A DNA stretch of 64,000 bases from Armatimonadota bacterium. Lineage in GTDB: Bacteria > Armatimonadota > UBA10988. A model generated the notes under the pieces. The model was not told the origin of the DNA and made no database searches. It saw nothing but the letters and a program-made list of their open reading frames with translations. This document shows positions 49,101-57,168 of the stretch, piece by piece; position 1 is the stretch's first letter; each line of letters starts with the position of its first letter. The position numbers were made by a program, and so were the translations under genes. Location: contig JACRKZ010000085.1 of assembly GCA_016235455.1 (NCBI GenBank), positions 1 through 64,000 on the forward strand. The letters run 5' to 3'.

Positions 49101-49425
49101 GCAGGTGGGCACGCTGACCCTCGTCGGCCGGGTGGACCGGGTCGGCGCCGACTACGTGGTCGACTACAAGACCGGCCGCCACGCCACGGTCGAGGAGCAC
49201 GGGCTGCAGCTCTGGGCGTACAGCGAGGCGCTCGACAAGCGGACCGCCTACCTGGCCGATCTGCGGCAAGTGGTCCTGCACGAACTGGGGCCCGACCGCC
49301 TGGCCGAGTTCGGCGACCAGGCCCGACGCGTGGCCGAGGCCATCGCCGCCGGCCGGTTCGAGCCGTCGAGCGGCGGGCACTGCCAGCACTGCCCCTTCCA
49401 GCCCGGCTGCCCGGCCAAACCGTAG
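46198..49425 (+). CDS. AddA/RexA-like UvrD-family helicase with C-terminal PD-(D/E)XK nuclease
   Basis: AGAGTGKT, VTFTERAA.E, VDECQD, VGDEKQSIYGFRGA, TYHGAKGLEW, YVALTRARD, GRVDRV..VVDYKT, CQHCPF..C. Confidence 0.9.
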   Translation: MGTRLTDQQRAVVEAPVSVAVTAGAGTGKTELLAERFIAHLSRAGCRPLEIVAVTFTERAAAELRERIRRNLTRDFSDRADWLAEVEAAPIGTLHGLCARIAREHPRQAGVAPVFGVMDDLDGRGWLAERLDDILSRTPTEWYGDGDRLTFTQARAALWPLINNPILADEALLVATTRDGPAQWREQTRLRLREVAEDPAWVAAVARLDAVSGPDGLDDARRTALGLVGRLQSEPARAARELAEVKYKRAGQKANWQDITEVRDALGVLVEGATRLAGGPLYDDVVDGRHARRLARLRELFEFARAELAEQKRLAGLLDFADLEVAALRALDDATVRAYYGQRWRAFIVDECQDVNPVQGRLLRRLVDCSADALVTLVGDEKQSIYGFRGARPEVFGELRADLVAARSGQAKHDLSRSFRSHAPLVKVFNTLFAPVVEGYRDQTAERAQAPHDGPCLELAVVEPDDSKPNTARLRRAEADYLARRVAGWLDPADPLLVAGRDGTPRPARPGDMAILTRAWAPLELYGDALAAAGIPVVHAGGGDLLATREAKDAAALLRFLAAPHDNLALAAVLRSPFFACDDHAVRALARAARDSTWWAAMPALGAAWQRPREVLGELLEAVPREAPSRLLSRADALTGYSAVIANLPPGERRLADWRGFVAWIRDAEQGSGEVFGVVRRLRQAANLAIEVPRPALAPGDAVLLITYHGAKGLEWPVVIAPDLGRGTPNDAGDLLFDAQLGVSLRQHADDGAVERTWLSGVLDAEQKRRAAQENQRLAYVALTRARDHLLLTTAARGDAGSLWATLEPGLATGVACTEDREACAYQPERAVPRLPQMPPAPPAPTAEHLLLEATPIQPGELPVTALGEYHTCPHRFRRHYLDGFPTELDRTPDEDDADATADASSANLGTLTHEALETGADTPDALRSPGTAAERDEAVALARRFRTEAVFDRVRADDDACEVRIRLQVGTLTLVGRVDRVGADYVVDYKTGRHATVEEHGLQLWAYSEALDKRTAYLADLRQVVLHELGPDRLAEFGDQARRVAEAIAAGRFEPSSGGHCQHCPFQPGCPAKP

Positions 49426-49502
49426 CCGGCCAGATTGCCTGGCCAACTGCTGAGACTCCCGACTCTTGGGGATGTCAAACCGGGCGAAGGTGGATCGTAG
49501 AC

Positions 49503-49712
49503 GTGGCTCGACGAGCGAAGGACAGCTTGCAGGTGTTGCCAGGCGGCGAGCCCGAGGTCCAGGTGGTGGACCTCGGCGAACTGCCACCCGAGCCCCAGCC
49601 GGTCTGGCTGTTTTGGACGGTCATGAACATGCTATGGCCGGCCGGTGAGCTGGCCGCCGACCCACCGCAGACCGCCCATTTGCCGCGTAAGCGCGCGCCG
49701 CGCCCGCAGTAG
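49503..49712 (+). CDS. Possible small hypothetical protein (69 aa)
   Basis: GTG preceded by GAAGGTGG; fills the gap between the helicase stop and the palindrome; no recognised motif. Confidence 0.3.
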   Translation: MARRAKDSLQVLPGGEPEVQVVDLGELPPEPQPVWLFWTVMNMLWPAGELAADPPQTAHLPRKRAPRPQ

Positions 49713-49714
49713 CG

Positions 49715-49782
49715 CATAAACGGTGTCAGGGACCGTTTTCGCTCGTGGAAACGGTCCCTGACACCGTTTATGGCTGACACCG
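49715..49782. repeat. Palindromic element (CGGTGTCAGGGACCG family), intergenic copy 2
   Basis: 24-bp arms CATAAACGGTGTCAGGGACCGTTT 49715-49738 / 49749-49772, trailing partial CTGACACCG. Confidence 0.9.
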
Positions 49783-49785
49783 CTT

Positions 49786-50805
49786 CTACGCCGGGCAAGC
49801 CAACAGGTAGTCGAGCAACTCGCTCAGCGAGCAGGTGGCCAGGCCGACGTACTTGTCCGCGCCACCGTAGTAGACAAACAGCGTGTCGCCGATGACCACC
49901 TTGCCGCACGGGAAGACCACGCCCTGGTACGGGCCTTCGAGCTCGTACCACTCCTCCGGCTGCAGCAGCCAGTCCCGTCCGCGGTAGCGCACGATGCTGG
50001 GATCGTCGAGGTCGAGCAGCATCGCACCCAGCCGATAGTGCCGGTCGGTGCCCACCGCGTGGTACAGCGTCAGCCAGCCATGCGGCGTGCGGATGGGCGG
50101 CGTGTTGCCGCCAATCTTGCGGTTCTCCCACTCCAGTTCGGCCTTGGCCAGGAGCTTGGGTGAGTCCCAGCAAAGCAGATCGTCCGCGCTGCTGACCCAC
50201 ATGGCCGGGTACTCGGTGCCGTACTCCGGACCGACCCAGGTCATCGGCCGGTGCATCATGGCCCAACGGCCGCCGATCTTCTCGGGGAAGAGGATCACGT
50301 CGCGGTCGTCCACGCGTGGGTCGGTCAGCCGGCCAGCGCGGATCCAGGTCTTGAAGTCGCGAGTCAGCGCCAAGCCCGTTGCCGTCACGTTGTTGGCGAT
50401 GGAGAACGGGAATTCGGGCGGGCACTCGGGCTTCTGGTAGCCCTTCTCGGGATCGTGCACCCAATACTGACCCGGCGGGAACGGGCGCGCCGCATAGGTC
50501 ACGTAGTACCACTCGCCGATCTTGATGATGCGCGGGTCTTCCACGCAGCCAGCGTCGAATCCGTCGGCGGAGGGGCCGAAGACGGGCTCGGAGGAGACGC
50601 GGCGGAAGGTGTAGCCGTCATCACTGACCGCCAGGCCGAAGTAGATGCGATGCTCGACATCGGCGCCCGCGGCGCGATAGAGCATCAGCACCTGTCCGCT
50701 GGCTTCGTCATACCACGCGCCTGGATTGGTCGTGACAAACGACTCCCAAGCGTTCTCCGGGTTCGGCGCCAGGATCGGGTTGGCATCGTGCCGCACTAGC
50801 TTCAT
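49786..50805 (-). CDS. GH130 glycoside phosphorylase/hydrolase (mannoside phosphorylase-like)
   Basis: NPIL.P, TNPGA, MLYRA, CVEDPR, DRDVILFPEKIGG, HRP, KIGGNTPP, YH, VVFPCG, YYGGAD. Confidence 0.9.
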   Translation of the reverse strand: MKLVRHDANPILAPNPENAWESFVTTNPGAWYDEASGQVLMLYRAAGADVEHRIYFGLAVSDDGYTFRRVSSEPVFGPSADGFDAGCVEDPRIIKIGEWYYVTYAARPFPPGQYWVHDPEKGYQKPECPPEFPFSIANNVTATGLALTRDFKTWIRAGRLTDPRVDDRDVILFPEKIGGRWAMMHRPMTWVGPEYGTEYPAMWVSSADDLLCWDSPKLLAKAELEWENRKIGGNTPPIRTPHGWLTLYHAVGTDRHYRLGAMLLDLDDPSIVRYRGRDWLLQPEEWYELEGPYQGVVFPCGKVVIGDTLFVYYGGADKYVGLATCSLSELLDYLLACPA

Positions 50806-50879
50806 GGCCCAGTCGTCCTTTCGGATCACCAGTCTAGCAGACGGCCCAAGCCCGCGCTCCGCTCAACGGCAGAGGCCGG

Positions 50880-51365
50880 CTAACCGCCGGCCACATGACA
50901 CGGTGCGATGACCTGGTCTGGCGCCACCACCACCACGGCGCGCCGCGCTGCCCATTCATCACCCGCGGCCAGCAGTCCGGCGTCGCCTACGATGCCCTGG
51001 GCCATGGGGAACAGCACCTGCTCCTCCTTGCCAAAGTGGCTCGGCGCCACCTGCGCGAGCGCATGGACCGCGGCGCGGGCCGCCTCCACGACGGTCGCGT
51101 CGGCCACCGTGGTCAGCGCGCCTTCCACCTGGTCATGCTCGTGGCGCATCACGTACAGCGGGCCCGGCCCGGTGCCCAGTACCGGCTCCAGCCGCGCAAA
51201 CAGCAACTCATCCTCGAGACCGGCATGGCCCGCCAGCGCCGCGGCCAACACACCCACCGCCGCTTGCACCTGCCCCAGGTCATACCCGTCCACCACGGCG
51301 TCCAGATGCGCCAACTGCGCATAGAACACCCCATGCTCACCACACAACGCCTCGGTCAGTCGCAT
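50880..51365 (-). CDS. Hemerythrin-like (HHE) domain protein
   Basis: GEHG, HAGLEDELLF, MRHEH, HFGKEEQVLFP; AGGAG RBS. Confidence 0.85.
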   Translation of the reverse strand: MRLTEALCGEHGVFYAQLAHLDAVVDGYDLGQVQAAVGVLAAALAGHAGLEDELLFARLEPVLGTGPGPLYVMRHEHDQVEGALTTVADATVVEAARAAVHALAQVAPSHFGKEEQVLFPMAQGIVGDAGLLAAGDEWAARRAVVVVAPDQVIAPCHVAGG

Positions 51366-51387
51366 CGTCTCGGCTCCTACAAGCCTC

Positions 51388-51424
51388 AGTCTAGAACAGT
51401 CGAAGTGGATGTAAAGGTCCACTT
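51388..51424 (-). promoter_or_regulatory. Sigma70-like promoter for the hemerythrin gene, overlapped by a palindromic operator candidate
   Basis: TTTACA-N16-TAGACT on the minus strand; AAGTGGA-N8-TCCACTT (51403-51424) straddles the -35 box. Confidence 0.6.
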
Positions 51425-51515
51425 TTAGGGCCGGGCATCGTCGGCCGGCAGCCCGAGCTGGGAGCTACCACGAAAACGATGAATGTGGTACAAGGCAAGC
51501 GTCGTGGAGAATCGG

Positions 51516-52877
51516 ATGGCGCTACTACTGTCGCTCTTGCTGGCCGGTGGGCTGACCGCCGAGCCTTGGCCCGCGCCGCAGGCACCGCTTGATGACTCGC
51601 GGTTTGGCGCGCGCATCCAGCGCACCATGCGACTGCTGGCGGAGAGCACGCCGGAGCACCGCCACACGGTGCGCATCCTGTTCTACGGTCAGTCGATCAC
51701 GGTGCAGCCGTGGGCTGGCGAGGTCACCCGATGGCTGCGCGCCACCTACCCCAACGCCGACCTGGTCATCGAGAATCGCGCCATCGGCGGGTTCGCCTCG
51801 CAGGTGCTGGTGAAGACCGCGGAGTGCGACCTGTACCCGTTTGACCCTGACCTGGTCATCTTCTACGTCTACGGCAGCCACATTGAGTACGAGAACATCA
51901 TCCGGCGCATCCGGGAGCGCACCAGCGCCGAGATCCTGATGCAGACCGACCACTGCACCGCCGATGCCGACCTGACCGAGGAGGCAGATCGGGCCAAACT
52001 CAGCCCCAAGCAGTGGTCCGCCTGGATGAACCACGTGTTCCTGCCCGATACTGCTCGCAAGTACGGCGCGGAGCTGTGTGACCAGCGCGCCGAGTGGAAG
52101 CGCTACCTGACCGCCAACAAGCTGGCCGCCAAGGACCTGCTCGTGGACGGCGTGCACCTCAACGAGCAGGGCAACTACGTCATGGGCGAGCTGGTGAAGC
52201 AGCACCTGCGCTACCTGCCCACCGAGCCAGACACTGCCTGGCGAGACCTGGTGCGCGACTACCAGGTGGGCACCGACGTCCGCTGGCAGGATGGCCGGCT
52301 GCGGCTGGAGTTCGACGGCAACCGCGTGGACCTGCTGGCCCCGCCCGGTGGCGCCGCCGGCGGCGACCTGTCCTTCACCATCGACGAGCAGAGGCCGGCG
52401 GCGGTCAAGGAGTTGTTCGCGTTCACGCGGCCCAGCGGCTACCCCGGTGTGGGCTGGCCGATGCTCATGCGTGTGCAGTGGAACCAGGTGCCCGTGGCCG
52501 AGACGTGGTCGGTCCGGCTGATCGACCCCAGCGACGACCTGAAGACCTTCCGCCTCGCGGTGACCGGCTCGGTGACGGGACCGGATGGCGAGGGCAGCAG
52601 TGCCGAGCGATTCGTCAGTCGCTCGGGCCGGGTGATCATCGAGCCCGACGACTGGAGCCTGGCGCGCTCGCGCGAGTTCACCAAGAAGCCGCTCGGCGAC
52701 ACGCCAATCACCTGGCAGGTGGTGCCGCGGTTCGTCGCGACCTACCGCGCCGCGCCGTGTACGACGCTCTTCTCAGGCCTGGCCAATGGCCACCACGTGC
52801 TGGAGTTGACGGCGACGGGCGCCGTGCCGGTGCTGGCGACCGTCCGCGTGTACCGGCCCCCGCTGGTCGCCGGCTAG
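51516..52877 (+). CDS. Secreted SGNH/GDSL-like esterase
   Basis: ILFYGQSIT, NRAIGG, PDLVIF, DGVHLNEQG. Confidence 0.75.
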   Translation: MALLLSLLLAGGLTAEPWPAPQAPLDDSRFGARIQRTMRLLAESTPEHRHTVRILFYGQSITVQPWAGEVTRWLRATYPNADLVIENRAIGGFASQVLVKTAECDLYPFDPDLVIFYVYGSHIEYENIIRRIRERTSAEILMQTDHCTADADLTEEADRAKLSPKQWSAWMNHVFLPDTARKYGAELCDQRAEWKRYLTANKLAAKDLLVDGVHLNEQGNYVMGELVKQHLRYLPTEPDTAWRDLVRDYQVGTDVRWQDGRLRLEFDGNRVDLLAPPGGAAGGDLSFTIDEQRPAAVKELFAFTRPSGYPGVGWPMLMRVQWNQVPVAETWSVRLIDPSDDLKTFRLAVTGSVTGPDGEGSSAERFVSRSGRVIIEPDDWSLARSREFTKKPLGDTPITWQVVPRFVATYRAAPCTTLFSGLANGHHVLELTATGAVPVLATVRVYRPPLVAG

Positions 52878-52885
52878 ACGTGCAA

Positions 52886-52941
52886 GACGCCGATGGACGC
52901 GGAGCGGCTGGTTGACCAGTCCCGCCGCGTCCATCGGCGTC
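52886..52941. repeat. Inverted repeat between convergent genes, related to the CAGAT family (GATGGACGC core)
   Basis: GACGCCGATGGACGCGG / CCGCGTCCATCGGCGTC, perfect 17-bp arms. Confidence 0.7.
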
Positions 52942-52969
52942 GTCTGCCAAGGTAGCCACAGGCTGCGGC

Positions 52970-54088
52970 TCAGGCGCCGCCGAACACCTCGAGGCACTCC
53001 TGCAGCTGCCGGCGGATCTCGATGTTCTGCGGGCAGTAGCCCTCGCACTCGCCGCACTCAACGCAGGCATCGGCCTTGGCGCCCTTGTGGTGCTGGCCGC
53101 CGATGCTGTTGTAGATGCCCTTGGCGTGGTCGGCCAGGCCGTACACCCGGTGCCAGTTCATGGCCTCGAAGATGCGCGGGATGTTGACATCGTTGGGGCA
53201 ATGCGGCGTGCAGTAGTTGCAGCCGGTGCAGTACAGCTCGGCCAGGCGCTTGTTCTCGGCCATGGCATCGTTGACGCGCTGGGCCTCGTCGGCGGTGAGC
53301 GGGCCGGAGGTGGCGGCGGTCTGCGCGTTCTCGACCACGTGCGCCATCTCGCTCATGCCCGACAAGGCGATGTCGACGTTCGGGTTGGCCAGCACGAAGC
53401 GCAGGGCCAACTCGGCGCTGGACGCGACCTTGATGCCGAGCTTGTCGGCGATGTCGAGCGGCATGCCGGAGATGCGGCCGCCGCCCACGGGGCCCATGAC
53501 CACGGTGCCGAGTCCATTGGCCTTGGCGTTGGCCAGCGCGTCCTCGTTGGCGCGGTCCAGCAGGTTGTACTGGCACAGCACCGAGGAGAAGACGCCCAGG
53601 TCGACGATCTTGGCCATCACTTCGGGCTTGTCGTGGAACGAGAAGGAGATGTTGCGGATGAGGCCCTCTTCCTTGGCCTGCAGCGCGTCCTTCAGGTACT
53701 GGTCGCGGTCCTCGCTGTCCACGAACCACTGGCCGATGCCGTGGAAGTGGTAGAAGTCGATGTGGTCGGTATCGAGCTTGGTGAGCTGCTTCTCCAGCGT
53801 CTCGCGATAGGGCCGCTCTTTGCCGCACGGATATTTGGTCGACAGCAGCACCTTGTCGCGCCAGCCCTTGAGCGCCTTGCCAACGGTGACTTCGCTCAGA
53901 CCGTCGCAGTAGAACAGGGCAGTGTCGATGTACGTCACACCCAGCTCGAAGGCGCGGTGAATCATTGGGATGGCCAACTCGTCGTTGACCACGCGCTTGC
54001 CGTCCACTTCGTGCATGGGCAGCCGCATGGCGCCAAAGCCAAGGCGCGATACCTGCGCACCACACTTGCCGAATTCGCGGTATTGCAT
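52970..54088 (-). CDS. Aldo/keto reductase with C-terminal 4Fe-4S dicluster domain
   Basis: SRLGFGAMRLP, YIDTA.FY, LSTK, FSFH, QYN; CTGCNYC..HCP and CVECGECEGYCPQ. Confidence 0.9.
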   Translation of the reverse strand: MQYREFGKCGAQVSRLGFGAMRLPMHEVDGKRVVNDELAIPMIHRAFELGVTYIDTALFYCDGLSEVTVGKALKGWRDKVLLSTKYPCGKERPYRETLEKQLTKLDTDHIDFYHFHGIGQWFVDSEDRDQYLKDALQAKEEGLIRNISFSFHDKPEVMAKIVDLGVFSSVLCQYNLLDRANEDALANAKANGLGTVVMGPVGGGRISGMPLDIADKLGIKVASSAELALRFVLANPNVDIALSGMSEMAHVVENAQTAATSGPLTADEAQRVNDAMAENKRLAELYCTGCNYCTPHCPNDVNIPRIFEAMNWHRVYGLADHAKGIYNSIGGQHHKGAKADACVECGECEGYCPQNIEIRRQLQECLEVFGGA

Positions 54089-54224
54089 CTGAGGAACTCT
54101 CCAGTTAAACGATACACGGGCGCCGGCCGATTGGCAAGGCGCTCACGTTGGTTGTTTCGTCCGCAGGCGTTCGCATGGGCTGGCTGGCGGACAACCCCCA
54201 AGAGCAGAACAACCGGCAAGCGTC

Positions 54225-57155
54225 CTACGGCACGAGGCTGATCTCGGCGATCTCGAAGCGCCAGGGCTGCCCTTGCGCCGTGGGGTTGAGCCACGAGCCG
54301 AAGGTCACGAACAGCCGCGCCAGCTGGTCGAGCGCCGGGCGATCGCCAGTCCCGCCGCGACCGGCCGGAACGGGCCAGCCGCGCCATACACGCACACCGG
54401 ACAGCGGAAGTTCAGTCGTCGTCCAGTCGGGCCCGAGCGGGATGTTGGCGCCCCAGGGCGTGCCGTCGGCCTCGCCAATGACCAGTTCGAACGCCGTGGC
54501 CGCCGGCGTGAGCGACCGGGCGCGGACGCGCAGCCGGGTGCAGCGGGTCAGCACATCGGCCGGCAGCCCGGCCACCTGCAGGTCCAGCGAGATGCCGCTG
54601 GAATCGGGCGGCGGGCCGAACCCGCGATGCGCCATCTCCACCGACTGCCCGCCGTCCTCGAGGTCGACAGCGAAGACGCGGCCGCCGCGCGACAGATCGT
54701 TGCGCCGCGCGGCCTCGACCGGCCGCAGCAGCGGAATGGCCGAGCGCGGCGACCAGACCGGCACGTCGAAGACGTTGGTCGGCCCGCGCAGCTCGGCCCA
54801 GGCCAGGTCGAAGCCGTGCGGCTGATTGGCGCGGTCGCCATACAGCCAGGCGCCGTAGACCAGCGAGACCTGCCGGATCTGTTCGGGCTTCCAGGGCGCG
54901 TCCTTGGTGCCCCACAGCGGCCGCAGCGTGGCCAGCGGCAGCTTGACCTCGCGCCAGGCCTGCGACAGCGCCACCTCGGCGCCGTAGGCACGGCCATCGT
55001 CGAGTACGAGTCCGATCTCGAAGGCCTCGGTGGCCGGCTGGCTGGCGCGCGCGCGCACCACGAGCACCGCGTCGGCCGGCATGGCCGCCGACGGCGCCCT
55101 GGCCGGCAGCCGCGCGCCGACCGCCTGATTACCCGCGAAGCCCTTGGCCCCGCACACCAACGCACCATCGCGCTGCACGCAGGTGGTGCCGTTCTCGGTC
55201 GTGCCGCCGAAGTTGGGCACCTCGGCCAGCGGCTGACCCAGATCGAGCAGGCGCTCGGGCGCGACCTTGGCCACCTCGTCCGGCGCCTTGACGCCGGGCA
55301 CGGTGACCGTCCCGCCGGCGCCCTGCCAGACGAGCGCGTAGCGCGCATGGCCTTCCCGGAGCAGGTCGGCCGGCACCGTGGCGCGACGGTTGTACGGCCC
55401 GTCTGCGGTCATCGGCAGGCGTCGCCAGGTGCCACCATCGGCCCACACCAGCGTCAGGCTCCCGGGCGCGCGGTCGTCGGCGCCGGTCGGTGGCACGACA
55501 CTGCAGTTCACCGTGAACGGCTGCCCAGCGAGCAGTTCTGCCGGTGGCCGATGGTCCAACGACCACGGCCGGCCCTTGGCCTCGGGCGGCGCGAAGTAGG
55601 CAGGATCCACCGGCACGGCCTTGGCGCCGGCGCGGAGCAGGCGGTAGACCCCGGGTCGCACGGCAAACGCGCCCTGCTTGGCCGTCGGCCGATGCTGGTT
55701 GCCCACATCGACCGGCTCAACGGCGAAGCCGTCACCCAGGTCCGGCAGCGTCAGGGCCATCCGCCGCTCGGCCCACAGCAGCCGGGTCACCTCGCGGCTC
55801 AGCCGGTTGGCGCCATAGGGATCGCGTACGGGCACGGCGTCGGGGAAGACTTCCAGCCGCCAGCAACCAGGCGCCAGCCGGTCCAGGAACCACGCACCGG
55901 TGCCGTCGTAGCGCACCAACGGCGAGGCGCCACCAGCCAGATGCTCCAGCCTGGCCGGCGCCGGCGGCGTGGTCGCGGTCAGGCCGGTAGTGTAGAACTC
56001 GGTGTCGGTGACGAACTCGCTGCGCGCTTGCGCGTGACTGACCGTGGTGGCTCCGAAGTGGTCGGCATCACCCGTGGCCTGGCCGCGCGGCAGCGCATGG
56101 AAGGCCGCCGCGGCGATGCGGAAGCTGAGCGCCTTGGCCGGGGTGAACGGCAGCGACAGGTAGTGCGTCTGCCAGTTGACGTTGCTGTCGGCCAGCGGCC
56201 AGGCATCGTACTGGAACTGCGTGGCGAACTGCACGCCGGCCGCCCGGAACGACCGGGCCATGGCCGGGTACATCACCGGCCGGTTGACGTCGGCGCAGTC
56301 GAACTCGTAGATGCCCTTGGGCTTGTTCTGCACCGCCGGATCGGCGAACGCGTTGTAGGTGCGCACCAGGTGCAGCGTCGGCCCGGTGATCTCCGCGCCG
56401 GAGGCCAAGCCGGTAGGATACCAATTGTTGGTGACGCCGTCGATGCGGCTGGCGGCGCAGGCCTTGTCTCGGCCGCCCCAGGCGTTGTAGAACAGCAGTT
56501 TGCGGCAGCCGGCGCCACGGACCGCGTCGACCAGCGCGTTGATGTACTCAGTGACCTGCGCGTCGGTGGTGCCGTCGGCATAGATCGGCTCATTGATCAA
56601 CTCGAAGGCGATGATGGCCGGGTCCTCGCCGTACGTCAGGCCGGTCTCCGGGTTGCGGTGCTGGGCGAACTGCGCCAGATAGCGGCGCTGCGCCGCGCGC
56701 GGCGCGCCGGGATCGCCGGTCATCTGGGGCATGGTGTAGAGCGTGGAGAAGCCGGGCGAGTCATTGGGCGTGCCCCACCAGGCGATGGGCGTGAGCACTG
56801 CATGGATGCCTTGCCGTCGGCACTCGGCCAGCAGGTGATCAAGCACGGCCAGATGGTCGTTGGCCAGCAGGTTGCCCTGATGGTCGCTCAGTTCTCGGTC
56901 AAAGACATGCACCCGTAGCAGGTCGATGCCCAGCCGTTTGAAGTGCAGCACGTCCTGGTTGGTGACGGCTTTGCGGTCCGCGCCGACAACGCCCAGATTG
57001 AGGTAGTCATGCCAGTGTGCCGCATAGTAGTTGACGCCGAACAGCGCCACTTCGCTCTGGTCGTCGGTCCAGCGCAACACGCCCTGGGGGTCGAGCACGA
57101 CAGCGCGGTCGGCCGGCGCGGCGAGCGCCAGCATCAGCGGCAGCAAGGCAAGCAT
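54225..57155 (-). CDS. Secreted GH5-like glycoside hydrolase with accessory carbohydrate-binding-like domains
   Basis: LFGVNY, LRVHVFD, NPETG..YGEDPAIIAFELINEP, IYEFD, ATQFQYD. Confidence 0.75.
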   Translation of the reverse strand: MLALLPLMLALAAPADRAVVLDPQGVLRWTDDQSEVALFGVNYYAAHWHDYLNLGVVGADRKAVTNQDVLHFKRLGIDLLRVHVFDRELSDHQGNLLANDHLAVLDHLLAECRRQGIHAVLTPIAWWGTPNDSPGFSTLYTMPQMTGDPGAPRAAQRRYLAQFAQHRNPETGLTYGEDPAIIAFELINEPIYADGTTDAQVTEYINALVDAVRGAGCRKLLFYNAWGGRDKACAASRIDGVTNNWYPTGLASGAEITGPTLHLVRTYNAFADPAVQNKPKGIYEFDCADVNRPVMYPAMARSFRAAGVQFATQFQYDAWPLADSNVNWQTHYLSLPFTPAKALSFRIAAAAFHALPRGQATGDADHFGATTVSHAQARSEFVTDTEFYTTGLTATTPPAPARLEHLAGGASPLVRYDGTGAWFLDRLAPGCWRLEVFPDAVPVRDPYGANRLSREVTRLLWAERRMALTLPDLGDGFAVEPVDVGNQHRPTAKQGAFAVRPGVYRLLRAGAKAVPVDPAYFAPPEAKGRPWSLDHRPPAELLAGQPFTVNCSVVPPTGADDRAPGSLTLVWADGGTWRRLPMTADGPYNRRATVPADLLREGHARYALVWQGAGGTVTVPGVKAPDEVAKVAPERLLDLGQPLAEVPNFGGTTENGTTCVQRDGALVCGAKGFAGNQAVGARLPARAPSAAMPADAVLVVRARASQPATEAFEIGLVLDDGRAYGAEVALSQAWREVKLPLATLRPLWGTKDAPWKPEQIRQVSLVYGAWLYGDRANQPHGFDLAWAELRGPTNVFDVPVWSPRSAIPLLRPVEAARRNDLSRGGRVFAVDLEDGGQSVEMAHRGFGPPPDSSGISLDLQVAGLPADVLTRCTRLRVRARSLTPAATAFELVIGEADGTPWGANIPLGPDWTTTELPLSGVRVWRGWPVPAGRGGTGDRPALDQLARLFVTFGSWLNPTAQGQPWRFEIAEISLVP

Positions 57156-57168
57156 GGGGATCTCCGGC

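Noticed and set aside
43471-49425. Cas4-type CRISPR adaptation genes suggested by the 4-Cys PD-(D/E)XK domains
   Set aside because: The domains are C-terminal parts of UvrD/AddB-like proteins; no cas1/cas2 or array nearby
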